NCBI GenBank assembly: GCA_045592745.1
Contig: JAZNVH010000032.1
Span: 6,914-70,913, forward strand
DNA from: Candidatus Aphodoplasma sp.
GTDB lineage: Bacteria; Bacillota; Clostridia; UBA1381; UMGS1253
Length of the DNA stretch: 64,000 bases
Reading direction: 5' to 3'
How positions within the stretch are numbered: the first letter of the stretch is position 1; every line of letters starts with the position of its first letter. The notes beneath the pieces are model-generated. The model saw only the letters and a program-made list of their open reading frames with translations. It was not told the DNA's origin and searched no databases. This document shows, one piece after another, positions 25,499-34,926 of the stretch. Made by a program: the position numbers and the translations under genes.

Positions 25499-27880
25499 TT
25501 GTTATTGAAAAAGAAGGTATTGTTTTCACTGATATCATATATACTTGGCATTTTGGCGTTTGAGATGCTTGATGTATCGACGCTTGTTTTTGCGTGCATT
25601 TCTTTTGTGCTGATAGTGTGCATAAGAAATTTTATGTTTGATGCAAGGAATAAAATCCTTGCATTTTTAATGTGCGGATTTTTTATTTTTGGTGTGATTT
25701 ATACTTCTTTTTTCAATTCTATCCAGACGGACAACATAAGTCATTTGACAGGCAAAAATATGACAGTCACAGGACGCATTGTGAAGGTCTATGACAATAA
25801 TAATGAGTATTATGATTATTATGAGTTTGAGATATCTGATATCACAATAAAAAATAACAGCGAGCTTTCTGGTGGAAAGGAAAAGGTGAAACTGTCACTT
25901 AAAAAGTACGAACAAAGGTCAAGTTGTGAGCAGTATAATTATGGAGATGTTTTAACGCTTCGGGCAAGTCTTGGCGAAATATCAAAGCCGCTTAATGAAG
26001 GTGAGGCGAATTATAACATATCAAACAAGGCGGACGGAAAGTTCTTTGAGCTTACGGGAGAATATGATAAAAGCGAGTTTGTGTGCTCTAAAATAAATTA
26101 TTTTAATATACGCGATTTGGCAATGATTGTAAGAAAATACGGTATTAATGCAATTGACAAGTATTTTAGCGGCGATGATGCTTCGCTTTTGAAAGGAATA
26201 CTTCTTAGCAAGAAAACATTTACCGATGAGCATTATACTCGTTTGGCGGATAGCGGCATGATGCATGTTACAGTTGCGTCGGGACTGCATGCTGGGTGCG
26301 TATTTGCTATGATGACGTGGCTTTGTTTTACACTAAGAATCAAAAAGAAGTGGACGTATTTAATAGCAGGGTTATCTTTGTGGATATTTGCATTTTTGCA
26401 GGCTATGACACCTTCGATTGTAAGAGCCGTTATTATGTTGTGCTTTTATATGTTTTCACAGCTTGTCAGCCGCGACTATGATAAAGAGCATATACTTTAC
26501 ATAACCGCGTTTATAATGCTTTTTGCAAATCCGTATATAATTTTTGATTTGGGATTTATACTTTCGTTTGCGTCGGTGCTTGGGATTGCATTGTTTTCGG
26601 ATATAATAAACGAGTATTTACTGCGTATTATAAAAATTAAAAAGCTTTCATCTGCCATAAGTGTAACTCTTTCGGTACAGATTTTGCTTTTGCCAATTCT
26701 AGCTTATTATTTTAATACGATTTCTGTTTATTCACTTTTAGCGAATTTGTTGATAGTGCCTGTAATTACACCTGTATTGGCTGTTGGGTTTTTATTTATT
26801 CTTTTGTCCGGAGTGGGAAGCGTTATACCGATATGTATAGCGTTTGTTTTAAGAATACTTGTAAAATACATAAATGGCGTTATATATTTTGTGACTGTTT
26901 TGCCATTTGCAAAAATCAATATTTTTTCGGCAAATGTGCTGTCTATGTGCATATATTATTTGATTTTGGCATCGGTGTTTGTTCTTTTTACAAGGGGAAA
27001 CAGAAAATATAATTTTACTTATGTCACGATTTGCACTGTGCTTGTGGTATGCGTGACTGTAGTGAGCGTATATTCAAGTTCTCTTATGCGTGTAAGTTTT
27101 ATAAATGTAGGTCAGGGCGATGCCACGCTTATAAAAATTCCATACGGGAAAACTGTTGTGATTGATGGCGGCGGAAGCTCGGCTGTAAGCAAGAAGGATT
27201 TGGGAGAAGAAATTTTTGTGCCGTATCTTCGCCAGCATGGTGTAAATACGATAGATTATGCAATTTTATCGCATTATGACAAAGACCACGCACAAGGAAT
27301 TGCCGCAGCTGCGAGGATTATGAAAGTTAAAAATCTTATTTTGCCATACAGAGGAAGCGGTCAAAATAAAGAATATAAAAAAATTATTGAAGAAATTGCT
27401 GTGCAAAATAAAATTAATGTGTTATACTTTAAAGAGGGCGATGTGCTAAAGTTTGGAGATGCAGTTTTTGAAGCGTTTGCACCAACACAACAGAATGGCG
27501 ATAATCGCATGATGAGTGAAAATGACAAGTCGCTTGTTTTAAAACTTACATATGGGAACACAAGCTTTTTGTTTACGGGAGATATTGAAACGGCGGCGAT
27601 TGGCAAGCTTGTCAAATACGAAGATAAAATACGCTCTGATGTTTTGAAGGCGGCGCATCATGGTTCTGATGAATCAAACCCGACGAAGCTTATAAGAACA
27701 GTAGCACCAGAGTGTGCTGTGATAAGCGTTGGCAAAGATAATATTTATGATTTGCCTTCAAGGTATACGCTGAGGCTTTTTGAAAGAGAAGGGATTAATG
27801 TACTTCGTACAGATGAATGTGGAAGCGTGAGCTTTTATGTAAATAAGGACGAAATAAAATGGATTGATACTTTTTATTAA
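25499..27880 (+). CDS. comEC: DNA internalization-related competence protein ComEC/Rec2 (membrane domain plus metallo-beta-lactamase domain)
   Basis: 793 aa with many TM segments. The C-terminal MBL motifs are SFINVGQGDATLI, LSHYDKDH and AAHHGS. The start codon (TTG 25499) is uncertain. Confidence 0.9.
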   Translation: MLLKKKVLFSLISYILGILAFEMLDVSTLVFACISFVLIVCIRNFMFDARNKILAFLMCGFFIFGVIYTSFFNSIQTDNISHLTGKNMTVTGRIVKVYDNNNEYYDYYEFEISDITIKNNSELSGGKEKVKLSLKKYEQRSSCEQYNYGDVLTLRASLGEISKPLNEGEANYNISNKADGKFFELTGEYDKSEFVCSKINYFNIRDLAMIVRKYGINAIDKYFSGDDASLLKGILLSKKTFTDEHYTRLADSGMMHVTVASGLHAGCVFAMMTWLCFTLRIKKKWTYLIAGLSLWIFAFLQAMTPSIVRAVIMLCFYMFSQLVSRDYDKEHILYITAFIMLFANPYIIFDLGFILSFASVLGIALFSDIINEYLLRIIKIKKLSSAISVTLSVQILLLPILAYYFNTISVYSLLANLLIVPVITPVLAVGFLFILLSGVGSVIPICIAFVLRILVKYINGVIYFVTVLPFAKINIFSANVLSMCIYYLILASVFVLFTRGNRKYNFTYVTICTVLVVCVTVVSVYSSSLMRVSFINVGQGDATLIKIPYGKTVVIDGGGSSAVSKKDLGEEIFVPYLRQHGVNTIDYAILSHYDKDHAQGIAAAARIMKVKNLILPYRGSGQNKEYKKIIEEIAVQNKINVLYFKEGDVLKFGDAVFEAFAPTQQNGDNRMMSENDKSLVLKLTYGNTSFLFTGDIETAAIGKLVKYEDKIRSDVLKAAHHGSDESNPTKLIRTVAPECAVISVGKDNIYDLPSRYTLRLFEREGINVLRTDECGSVSFYVNKDEIKWIDTFY

Positions 27881-27913
27881 TAAAAGACGTGATAATAAAA
27901 AAGAGGTGAGAGT

Positions 27914-28930
27914 ATGGCAAAAAAAAGCGTGGCAGATGGTCTTTCGATACTTAAAAATCAGCTTAAATCAGGAAAATATGATAATATATATTTGTTTTTT
28001 GGAGAGGAGGACTTTCTGAAAAGCTATTATTTTGGTATGCTCAAAAAAAATCTTATTGATGAGGATTTTGCTGATTTTAACTATGTTGTTTTTGAGGGGG
28101 CAAAACAGGATTTCGATGAGATTACACTTGCGCTCGAAACTCCGCCGATGATGGCACAAAGAAAAGTAGTTGTTATTAAGTACAGCGGTATATTTTCAAA
28201 GGCAACAGAGCAGGCAAAACAGTACTGGAGCGAAAATCTTTCTAATATAAATGATGACGTTGTGATTATTTTTTATGAAGAAGAGGTCGACAAACGTAGT
28301 GTATTATACAAAGCTGTTGAGAAATATGGAGTTTTGGTTGAATGTGTATATCTTGAAGGAGTAGAGCTTATAAACTGGGTAGGGCGCGGATGTCGCGAAG
28401 CAGGAAAGGCGATAGGAAAAGCTGAGGTAGAATATTTAATACGAAGCTGTGATGGCGGTATGAATAATATAAAGCGTGAGCTTGAGAAGTTGTTTGCATA
28501 CTGCCAGGACAAGATTACGTGCGCAGATATTGATAAAATCGTTACAAAAATGCCGCAGAGCAGGGTGTTTGATATGGTAAATGCCCTGATGAAAAAGGAT
28601 GCAAAAACTGTGTTTGCACGCCTTGACGAGCTTAAGGTCTTAAAAGAATCTGCATTTATGGTATTGGCGATGCTGTTTACAAATTTTGAGCGCATATTTC
28701 ATACAAAGCTTTTGCTCGAGCGTGGACAAGCTCCAAATACTATTGCGGCAGCGATTAAGGTTTCACCGTATTTTGTGCGTGATTACATGAGCGCGGCAAA
28801 TGGCTTTGACAAGCGCTTTTTGCGCGAAATATTAAAAGAGATTGCACGAATTGATTATAGTATCAAGCAGGGCAGGATTGATGAATGGATTGGCGTTGAA
28901 AACTTTTTGGCAAAATGTATGGCGAGGTAG
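27914..28930 (+). CDS. holA: DNA polymerase III delta subunit
   Basis: 338 aa immediately after comEC, which is the conserved Firmicute order. The N-terminus has the YLFFGEEDFL motif typical of HolA. Confidence 0.85.
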   Translation: MAKKSVADGLSILKNQLKSGKYDNIYLFFGEEDFLKSYYFGMLKKNLIDEDFADFNYVVFEGAKQDFDEITLALETPPMMAQRKVVVIKYSGIFSKATEQAKQYWSENLSNINDDVVIIFYEEEVDKRSVLYKAVEKYGVLVECVYLEGVELINWVGRGCREAGKAIGKAEVEYLIRSCDGGMNNIKRELEKLFAYCQDKITCADIDKIVTKMPQSRVFDMVNALMKKDAKTVFARLDELKVLKESAFMVLAMLFTNFERIFHTKLLLERGQAPNTIAAAIKVSPYFVRDYMSAANGFDKRFLREILKEIARIDYSIKQGRIDEWIGVENFLAKCMAR

Positions 28931-28936
28931 AGTTTT

Positions 28937-29458
28937 ATGAAAAAGACGAACAAAATGGTGTTGGCGGCTGTATTTCTTGCGATTGGTATGATATTGCCAT
29001 TTTTGACGGGACAGATAAAAGAGATTGGGGACTCGCTTCTTCCAATGCATTTGCCAGTTATGCTTTGTGGAATAATTTGCGGTGGTAAATACGGTTTGGT
29101 TGTAGGACTTGTTTTGCCCGTGTTAAGAAGTATGTGCTTTAGTATGCCGCCTTTATATCCAAACAGCATATGGATGGCGCTTGAGCTTGCTACATATGGT
29201 TTTGTAATAGGAATTGTGTATGCAAAACTTAAAAAGATGCGTACAAAAGGTGTAGTTATTTCGCTGGTCAGCGCAATGCTTGCCGGAAGAATTGTATGGG
29301 GAATAGCAAAGTCGATTCTTTTGAGCGTATGTGGAAAAAAGTTTTTGATAGGAATGTTTTTTGCCCAAGGGTTTGTTGATGCCTTTCCCGGAATTATATT
29401 TCAGCTTGTTTTGATTCCGTCGATTGTGTATTTTATAGATAAGCGCACTGAAAAATAA
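28937..29458 (+). CDS. ECF-transporter S (substrate-capture) component-like membrane protein
   Basis: 173 aa with about 5-6 TM segments and ECF S-component-like topology. Substrate unknown, and no riboswitch is seen upstream. Confidence 0.55.
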   Translation: MKKTNKMVLAAVFLAIGMILPFLTGQIKEIGDSLLPMHLPVMLCGIICGGKYGLVVGLVLPVLRSMCFSMPPLYPNSIWMALELATYGFVIGIVYAKLKKMRTKGVVISLVSAMLAGRIVWGIAKSILLSVCGKKFLIGMFFAQGFVDAFPGIIFQLVLIPSIVYFIDKRTEK

Positions 29459-29482
29459 GGGAAAAAAGTTTTAAATAAATGC

Positions 29483-29511
29483 TTGACAAAGACAAAAAGA
29501 CGTGTTATACT
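29483..29511 (+). promoter_or_regulatory. consensus sigma-A promoter of the infC-rpmI-rplT operon
   Basis: TTGACA (29483-29488), 17-nt spacer, TATACT (29506-29511). Confidence 0.7.
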
Positions 29512-29517
29512 ATTTTA

Positions 29518-29705
29518 GAAAACAAAGTAGAGTGTATTTGTATGCTCTCACCGTACGGCAGGGCCTATTCGGTTAAATATGTGTAAAACGGTGCTTTTGC
29601 ATCGGCTATTTATGTGTATTTACGGATGAGTGGGTTTGCCTGCTTGTTCGTTTTTTGTTTTTATGATTAAGTAAGGCGCAGGCCTTAAAATTTAAAGTGG
29701 ATGGT
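29518..29705 (+). promoter_or_regulatory. long 5' leader of infC, probably the ribosomal protein L20 leader (autoregulatory)
   Basis: About 190 nt of untranslated leader lies between the promoter and infC and contains several hairpins (for example TAAGGC-GCAG-GCCTTA). The L20 leader is known at this position in Firmicutes. I did not verify the covariance-model structure. Confidence 0.45.
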
Positions 29706-29710
29706 GATAC

Positions 29711-30226
29711 ATTATCAGTAACAAGGAGCAGCAAATTAATGAACAAATCCGTGACAAAGAGGTTCGCTTGATTGGCGCAGATGGCGCACAGCTTGGTGTG
29801 GTTGGTATTGCAACAGCTCAGCAGGCAGCTATTGATGCAAATCTTGACCTTGTTAAAATTGCGCCTACGGCACAGCCGCCGGTATGCAAAATCATGGATT
29901 ATGGCAAGTACAAGTTTGAAGTGGCAAAGCGTGAGAAGGAAAACCGCAAAAATCAAAAGGTTATGGAAGTAAAAGAGGTTAGACTTTCGCCTTCTATTGA
30001 TACGCACGATTTTGAAACTAAGCTTAATTCTGCTATCAAGTTTTTGAAAAGCGGAAGCAAGGTGAAGGTTGCTGTGCGTTTCCGTGGCCGTGAAATCAAT
30101 CACTCTACAATTGGTGCAGAGCTTTTACAAAGATTTGCCGATGCTGCAGCTGAGTATGGTAATGTAGATAAAAATGCCAAACTTGAGGGCAGAAGCATGG
30201 TTATGTTTATGGCGCCTAAAGCATAA
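29711..30226 (+). CDS. infC: translation initiation factor IF-3, probable non-canonical ATT start
   Basis: The frame opens after TGA at 29705-29707 and reads (Y)IISNKEQQINEQIRDKEVRLIGADGAQLGVV..., a typical IF-3 N-terminus. There is no ATG/GTG/TTG before the conserved INEQIR region. An AUU start is the known autoregulatory feature of infC. Confidence 0.85.
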   Translation: MISNKEQQINEQIRDKEVRLIGADGAQLGVVGIATAQQAAIDANLDLVKIAPTAQPPVCKIMDYGKYKFEVAKREKENRKNQKVMEVKEVRLSPSIDTHDFETKLNSAIKFLKSGSKVKVAVRFRGREINHSTIGAELLQRFADAAAEYGNVDKNAKLEGRSMVMFMAPKA

Positions 30227-30300
30227 TTTGATAGTTACACATTACCTCGCACAGAGGAAATGGCTATAATAAAATTACAAGTTGGAAGGAGTGTATTATA

Positions 30301-30498
30301 ATGCCTAAAATAAAGACACACAAAGGAGCAGCAAAGAGATTTTCTTTGACTAAGTCCGGTAAGGTTAAAAGAGGAAGCGCTTTCAGAAGCCACATTTTGA
30401 CCAAGAAGTCGACTAAGAGAAAGAGAGGATTGCGTATGCCTGCGTATGCAAGCCCCGCTAACGAAGCGACTATCAAAAAATTGATTCCATACAAATAA
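30301..30498 (+). CDS. rpmI: 50S ribosomal protein L35
   Basis: [24 protein letters not shown] is a canonical L35 sequence. Confidence 0.95.
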   Translation: MPKIKTHKGAAKRFSLTKSGKVKRGSAFRSHILTKKSTKRKRGLRMPAYASPANEATIKKLIPYK

Positions 30499-30530
30499 AA
30501 TTTACAATTCGGAAAGAAGGGAAATAAGCA

Positions 30531-30884
30531 ATGGCAAGAGTAAAAGGTGCATTGACCACCAGAAAAAGACATAAAAAGGTTTTGAAGCTCGCAAAGGGTT
30601 ACCGTGGAGCAAAGAGCAAGCTTTACAGAACAGCTAATGAGGCTGTTATGAAATCGCTTGTATATGCATATATCGGCAGAAAGCAGAAGAAGAGAGAGTT
30701 CCGTCGCATGTGGATTGCAAGAATCAGTGCTGCTGCAAAGATGAACGGAATGAACTATTCAAGATTTATGAATGGTCTTAAGAAGGCTGAGATTGATATC
30801 AACAGAAAGATGCTTTCTGAGATTGCAATTGCAGATCCTGCTGCATTCACTGCTTTGGTTGAAAAGGCAAAGGCTGCGCTTTAA
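30531..30884 (+). CDS. rplT: 50S ribosomal protein L20
   Basis: [27 protein letters not shown] is a canonical L20 sequence. Confidence 0.95.
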   Translation: MARVKGALTTRKRHKKVLKLAKGYRGAKSKLYRTANEAVMKSLVYAYIGRKQKKREFRRMWIARISAAAKMNGMNYSRFMNGLKKAEIDINRKMLSEIAIADPAAFTALVEKAKAAL

Positions 30885-30980
30885 TAAGAAAATTTATGGG
30901 GAAGCTGTATATGCGGCTTCCCATATTTTTTGCTTTTTTAGAATAAATAAAAAATAAATTGAGAAAATATAAAAAAAGAC

Positions 30981-31009
30981 TTGACAAATATCACAAAAGG
31001 GTGTATTAT
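30981..31009 (+). promoter_or_regulatory. consensus sigma-A promoter for the tRNA gene
   Basis: TTGACA (30981-30986), 17-nt spacer, TATTAT (31004-31009). Confidence 0.65.
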
Positions 31010-31030
31010 ATTTAGGTGGCAAATGAATAT

Positions 31031-31104
31031 TGCGGAATTGTGTAAAGGTAGCACAAACGACTCTGACTCGTTTTGTGAGGGTTCGAATCCTTCTTCCGCA
31101 ACCA
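31031..31104 (+). tRNA. tRNA-Gln (anticodon CUG), CCA encoded
   Basis: Cloverleaf folded by hand. Acceptor TGCGGAA/TTCCGCA (U1-A72), D arm GTGT/GCAC, anticodon stem AACGA/TCGTT with loop CT-CTG-AC, T arm GAGGG-TTCGAAT-CCTTC, discriminator A, then CCA. Confidence 0.85.
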
Positions 31105-31106
31105 TG

Positions 31107-31137
31107 AAAAATCCTGTCTTTGGCAGGATTTTGTTTT
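31107..31137 (+). terminator. rho-independent terminator after the tRNA
   Basis: AAAATCCTG-TCTTTGG-CAGGATTTT followed by GTTTT. Confidence 0.8.
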
Positions 31138-31181
31138 ATGCAAAGCTAGATTAGATATAAATTTTTGGGATAGAATTATAT

Positions 31182-32114
31182 ATGGAAATTTTTGCATCAA
31201 CATTAAATCAAACGGCATTTCTTTTTAGTTTTATAATTATAGGATATTTTCTTGCAAAATGGAAAGTTTTGCCTGATAATTCTTCGGTAGTCCTATCAAA
31301 GCTTGAAAATACGGTTTTTATACCTGCGCTCGTTATGGGAACATTTATTTAGAATTTTACTGCAGAAAGAATAAGCGAGGCGTCAAACATCCTTCTTATA
31401 AGCTTTATTGTGGAACTTGTTGTAATACCGTTTGCGATTTTTGTTTCGAAATTGCTTACAAAGGACAAATACATTCAAAATATTTATACGTATGGATTTG
31501 CATTTGCCAATTTTGGCTTTATGGGAAATGCAGTTGTGATGAGTCTTTTTCCCGACATATTCTTTGAATATTTGATTTTTACATTACCTTTGTGGACTTT
31601 GATTTATGTATGGGCAGTTCCGAGACTTCTGATGGTAGACACAGAAAAAAAGCAAACCTTTAGGGAAACGGCAAAAGCATTTGTAAATCCTATGTTTATT
31701 GCAATGCTTATAGGTATGCTGATTGGACTGTTAAATATTAAGCTTCCGGTGTGGTTTGTGTCGCTTGTTGATGTTTCCGGAGATTGTATGTCGCCAATTG
31801 CTATGCTTCTTACAGGTGTAGTGGTTTCGACAATATCACTTAAAAAGACATTTACAGATATAAAAATCTATTTTATTTCATTTATACGCCTTATTGTTAT
31901 GCCGATGATTTTTATATTGGTTGCTCAGTTTTTTGAAATTCCGCAGACGGTTTATGTTTGTGCACTTTGCTCACTTGCAATGCCGCTTGGACTTAATACT
32001 GTTGTAATTCCAAGTGGTCTTGGAAAGGACACGTCGGTAGCTGCAGGATTGGCAGTTGTTTCACATTTGTTTGCCGTTTTGACAATTCCTGTTATTTTTA
32101 TGGTTATAAAATAG
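31182..32114 (+). pseudogene. auxin-efflux-carrier (AEC) family permease interrupted by an in-frame TAG at 31350-31352
   Basis: ATG 31182 gives MEIFASTLNQTAFLFSFIIIGYFLAKWKVLPDNSSVVLSKLENTVFIPALVMGTFI-TAG-NFTAERISEASNILLISFIVELVVIPF..., continuing in the same frame into the track ORF 31410..32114. Together these make about 310 aa, a typical AEC length. Confidence 0.75.
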
Positions 32115-32131
32115 ACATATATTTGTTTTAT

Positions 32132-32162
32132 AAAAAAAGACATCCAAGAGGATGTCTTTTTT
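32132..32162. terminator. bidirectional terminator between the convergent AEC and degV genes
   Basis: AAAAAAAGACATCC-AAGA-GGATGTCTTTTTT. Confidence 0.8.
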
Positions 32163-32172
32163 GTGTGTTTTA

Positions 32173-33063
32173 TCAGTCTTCGTAAATTTGAACGGGGTTG
32201 TTTAATCTGTAGAACAAAGCAAGTGTTCCTGGACCTATATGAGTTCCTACGGCTGCGCCAATCTGTGATTTCATTACAAGCTTATGATGGTCGCCAAACT
32301 CTGCAAGTACTGCATTCCAAAGCTCTTTGGCTTTATCGTCTGCCTGTGAGTGTACTATACAGAATTTTGGATCATTAAGATCTATATCGGTTGTTTTGAG
32401 CTTTTTAATCATTTTTGAAATAATTGTTTTGCTGCCACGGAATTTATCGATAGACTCCATTACGCCGCCACGCACAGAAAGGACGGGTTTTAAATCAAGA
32501 AGTGTTCCTGCAACAAGGCTTGCCTTATTTATTCTTCCGCCTTTTTCAAGATACTTTAAAGAGTCTACAATAACCAACACATCATACTGAGAACGGAAGG
32601 CTTTTGCTCCCTGTACAATTTCTTCGAGTGATTTTCCCTCTTTTTGCAAACGCATTGCTTCGTCAAGCATCATTGTAATAAAGAGCGAATATGACATAGA
32701 ATCGACAATTTCAATCTTGGCATCCGGCATATCCTCTAATATATTTTGTTTTGCAAGGCATGCAGAGTTATATGTGCCACTACCTTTTGAGGATATTGTA
32801 AAATATATAAGTGCGTCATATCCATCAAGAGCTTCGCGCATTGTCTGTTCCATTGTTCCAAGCGGAACCTGTGAGGTTGTTGGAATTTGTGATGATTTTT
32901 TTAATCTTTCGTAAAATTCGTCTGTTTCCATTTCAACCCAGTCAAGCTTTATTGTGCCGTCCTCAAAAATTACCGGCAGACCGAGCACCTTTATATCGTG
33001 TTCTTTTGCGTAATCTCTTGGCATGTCTGCTGTAGAATCAACCATATACTTAATATTAAGCAT
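32173..33063 (-). CDS. DegV family fatty-acid-binding protein
   Basis: 296 aa starting with ...VDSTADMP..., which is typical of DegV/EDD-fold proteins. Confidence 0.85.
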   Translation of the reverse strand: MLNIKYMVDSTADMPRDYAKEHDIKVLGLPVIFEDGTIKLDWVEMETDEFYERLKKSSQIPTTSQVPLGTMEQTMREALDGYDALIYFTISSKGSGTYNSACLAKQNILEDMPDAKIEIVDSMSYSLFITMMLDEAMRLQKEGKSLEEIVQGAKAFRSQYDVLVIVDSLKYLEKGGRINKASLVAGTLLDLKPVLSVRGGVMESIDKFRGSKTIISKMIKKLKTTDIDLNDPKFCIVHSQADDKAKELWNAVLAEFGDHHKLVMKSQIGAAVGTHIGPGTLALFYRLNNPVQIYED

Positions 33064-33095
33064 GTGTAAAACCTCCTTGTATTAATTTTATAAAA

Positions 33096-33590
33096 TCACC
33101 ATGTAAATTTGGTGAGATTTCCTGTTTGAAGTAGAGAATCAAAATTTGTCTGGCGAAGCGCTTCATATAAAACGATTGCCACCGAATTTGAAAGATTAAG
33201 ACTTCTTGCATCGCTTATCATGGGAATGCGTATGCAGTTTTTGGCATTTTTATATAAAAGCTCTTCGTCAAGCCCTGCTGTTTCTTTGCCAAACATTATA
33301 TAGTCGCCGTCTTTGTAGCTTACATCACAGTGATTTTTTTGCGCTTTTGTGCTGGCAAAGTAGCAGGTTATTCCGGGATTTTTTTCAAAAAAATCATCAA
33401 GGTTTTCATAGTATGTTATGTCAAGCAGATGCCAGTAATCAAGACCGGCACGTTTTAAGTTTTTATCAGTTATTTCAAAAGCGGTAGGCTTTATTATGTG
33501 AAGCCTGCTACCTGTAGCGGCGCATGTGCGCGCTATATTGCCTGTATTTTGCGGTATTTGCGGTTCGTGAAGCACAAGGTTAAAACTCAA
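33096..33590 (-). CDS. trmL: tRNA (cytidine(34)/5-cmnm-uridine(34)-2'-O)-methyltransferase TrmL (SpoU/TrmH family)
   Basis: 164 aa with the LHEPQIPQNTGNIARTCAATG motif and the C-terminal SLNLSNSVAIVLYEALRQ motif. Confidence 0.85.
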   Translation of the reverse strand: MSFNLVLHEPQIPQNTGNIARTCAATGSRLHIIKPTAFEITDKNLKRAGLDYWHLLDITYYENLDDFFEKNPGITCYFASTKAQKNHCDVSYKDGDYIMFGKETAGLDEELLYKNAKNCIRIPMISDARSLNLSNSVAIVLYEALRQTNFDSLLQTGNLTKFTW

Positions 33591-33617
33591 GTATATCGTC
33601 CTTTCGGGGTATATTTA

Positions 33618-34772
33618 TCAGTGTTTTAGTATAAAGTTCATAAATTTATGGCGTTTTGATGTAATTGCCTTTTTGGGACAAAGCTCCTGACAGCAAAAGC
33701 AGTGAATACATTTTTTCTTTGATAAAACAGGCAAAGAATCCTTTATTTCAATCGCTTTTGCAGGGCAGCGTCGCATACATTCTCCACAGCCTACACAAAT
33801 GTCCTTGTTAAAGCTTGGGAATGGCGCAAGAAAATTATTTACCCAGGCGGCAAGCTTTTTTGGTATAAATTTTCTGTCAAGAAAGTTTGTCGTGCCTATT
33901 TGCGGTTTTACAAGGTCATTTATTTTCATCGACTCAAAATCGTCGCCAATAAGTGTGAGTTTTTCATATGAATCAGGACAAAGTCCGCGTTTTATCGATT
34001 CGGTTACGGTAGGTGACTCATCAGGTGTGATTCCGACAAGAGCTGTTGCCGCAAGGTCTAATGAGTATGGGCTTGCGCTTGCAAGCACTGCACCAAAGTG
34101 CCTTTTTATGCCGCTTGACGGACCTTCGCCTTCCATACCATCGATAGCGTCCATTATTGCAAGTGTAGGTTTCGTAAGTGAGCATAAGTCAACTAGCATT
34201 GAGCAAAAATCCTCGCGGTTTGGTAGCGAAAAATGATATTCCGCTTTATACACTCCCGGAACTGCTCCAAACATATTTTTTACAGCACCGCTGTAAAATG
34301 TCATCATATGTGTTTTAAGCTTTGGAACAGTTATAATCACATCGGCGTCAAGTATCGGTTTTATTATAGGGAAAGATTTTACTGTTTTTCCTTCGGGAAA
34401 GCTTACGTTTTCAAAGCTTGTGTCAAAATTGAGCTTTGCACCTGTTTTTTCACAGACTGTGTCAATTTGACATCCTTTGTAAACCGAGCGAAGCATTGCT
34501 TCGTTATAAAGCCCTCCGGGGCTGTCAGCAATTGTGACCATAGCACCTGCTTCTATGCAGATTTCGGCAAGAGCATGGGCAAAAACGTTGTGAGTTGTAA
34601 CGGCGTCGTCGGGGTGTTTTTTCATAAGTAGATTGAGCTTTAACAAAACCTTATCAGAAGGTTTTATATACTTGTCTATACCACCAAGATTGTCAAATGA
34701 TTTTTTGATTGCATCTTTTACAAGATTATAATCATAGCTGTCACATTTTAAAACCGAAACAATATCACTCAT
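33618..34772 (-). CDS. DUF362 domain protein with a C-terminal 2x[4Fe-4S] ferredoxin domain
   Basis: Two CxxCxxCxxxCP motifs (CVGCGECMRRCP, CIHCFCCQELCP) follow a DUF362-like body of about 300 aa. Confidence 0.7.
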   Translation of the reverse strand: MSDIVSVLKCDSYDYNLVKDAIKKSFDNLGGIDKYIKPSDKVLLKLNLLMKKHPDDAVTTHNVFAHALAEICIEAGAMVTIADSPGGLYNEAMLRSVYKGCQIDTVCEKTGAKLNFDTSFENVSFPEGKTVKSFPIIKPILDADVIITVPKLKTHMMTFYSGAVKNMFGAVPGVYKAEYHFSLPNREDFCSMLVDLCSLTKPTLAIMDAIDGMEGEGPSSGIKRHFGAVLASASPYSLDLAATALVGITPDESPTVTESIKRGLCPDSYEKLTLIGDDFESMKINDLVKPQIGTTNFLDRKFIPKKLAAWVNNFLAPFPSFNKDICVGCGECMRRCPAKAIEIKDSLPVLSKKKCIHCFCCQELCPKKAITSKRHKFMNFILKH

Positions 34773-34877
34773 TAGTGAAAACTCCTTAAAAAACCAATTT
34801 AGTACATTATATCAAAAAAATAAGAACATTTCAATCAGTTTTTGATTTTAATGTGTTTTTATGTGAAAATAGGATGT

Positions 34878-34906
34878 TTGACTCTTATCTTGTGTGGTAG
34901 TATAAT
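34878..34906 (+). promoter_or_regulatory. consensus sigma-A promoter for the AraC-family gene
   Basis: TTGACT (34878-34883), 17-nt spacer, TATAAT (34901-34906). Confidence 0.65.
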
Positions 34907-34926
34907 ATCTTTAATTCGTATATGAG

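Noticed and set aside
29606-30103. 165-aa minus-strand ORF
   Set aside because: It lies antisense to infC and its leader, has a low-complexity Cys/Leu-rich translation and no RBS. infC on the + strand is unambiguous.
31350-31352. In-frame TAG as pyrrolysine, or suppression by the neighbouring tRNA
   Set aside because: The adjacent tRNA has anticodon CUG (it reads CAG), not CUA. No pylSBCD genes are in the window, and TAG terminates several well-supported genes here (spoVB, the ylmC-like gene).
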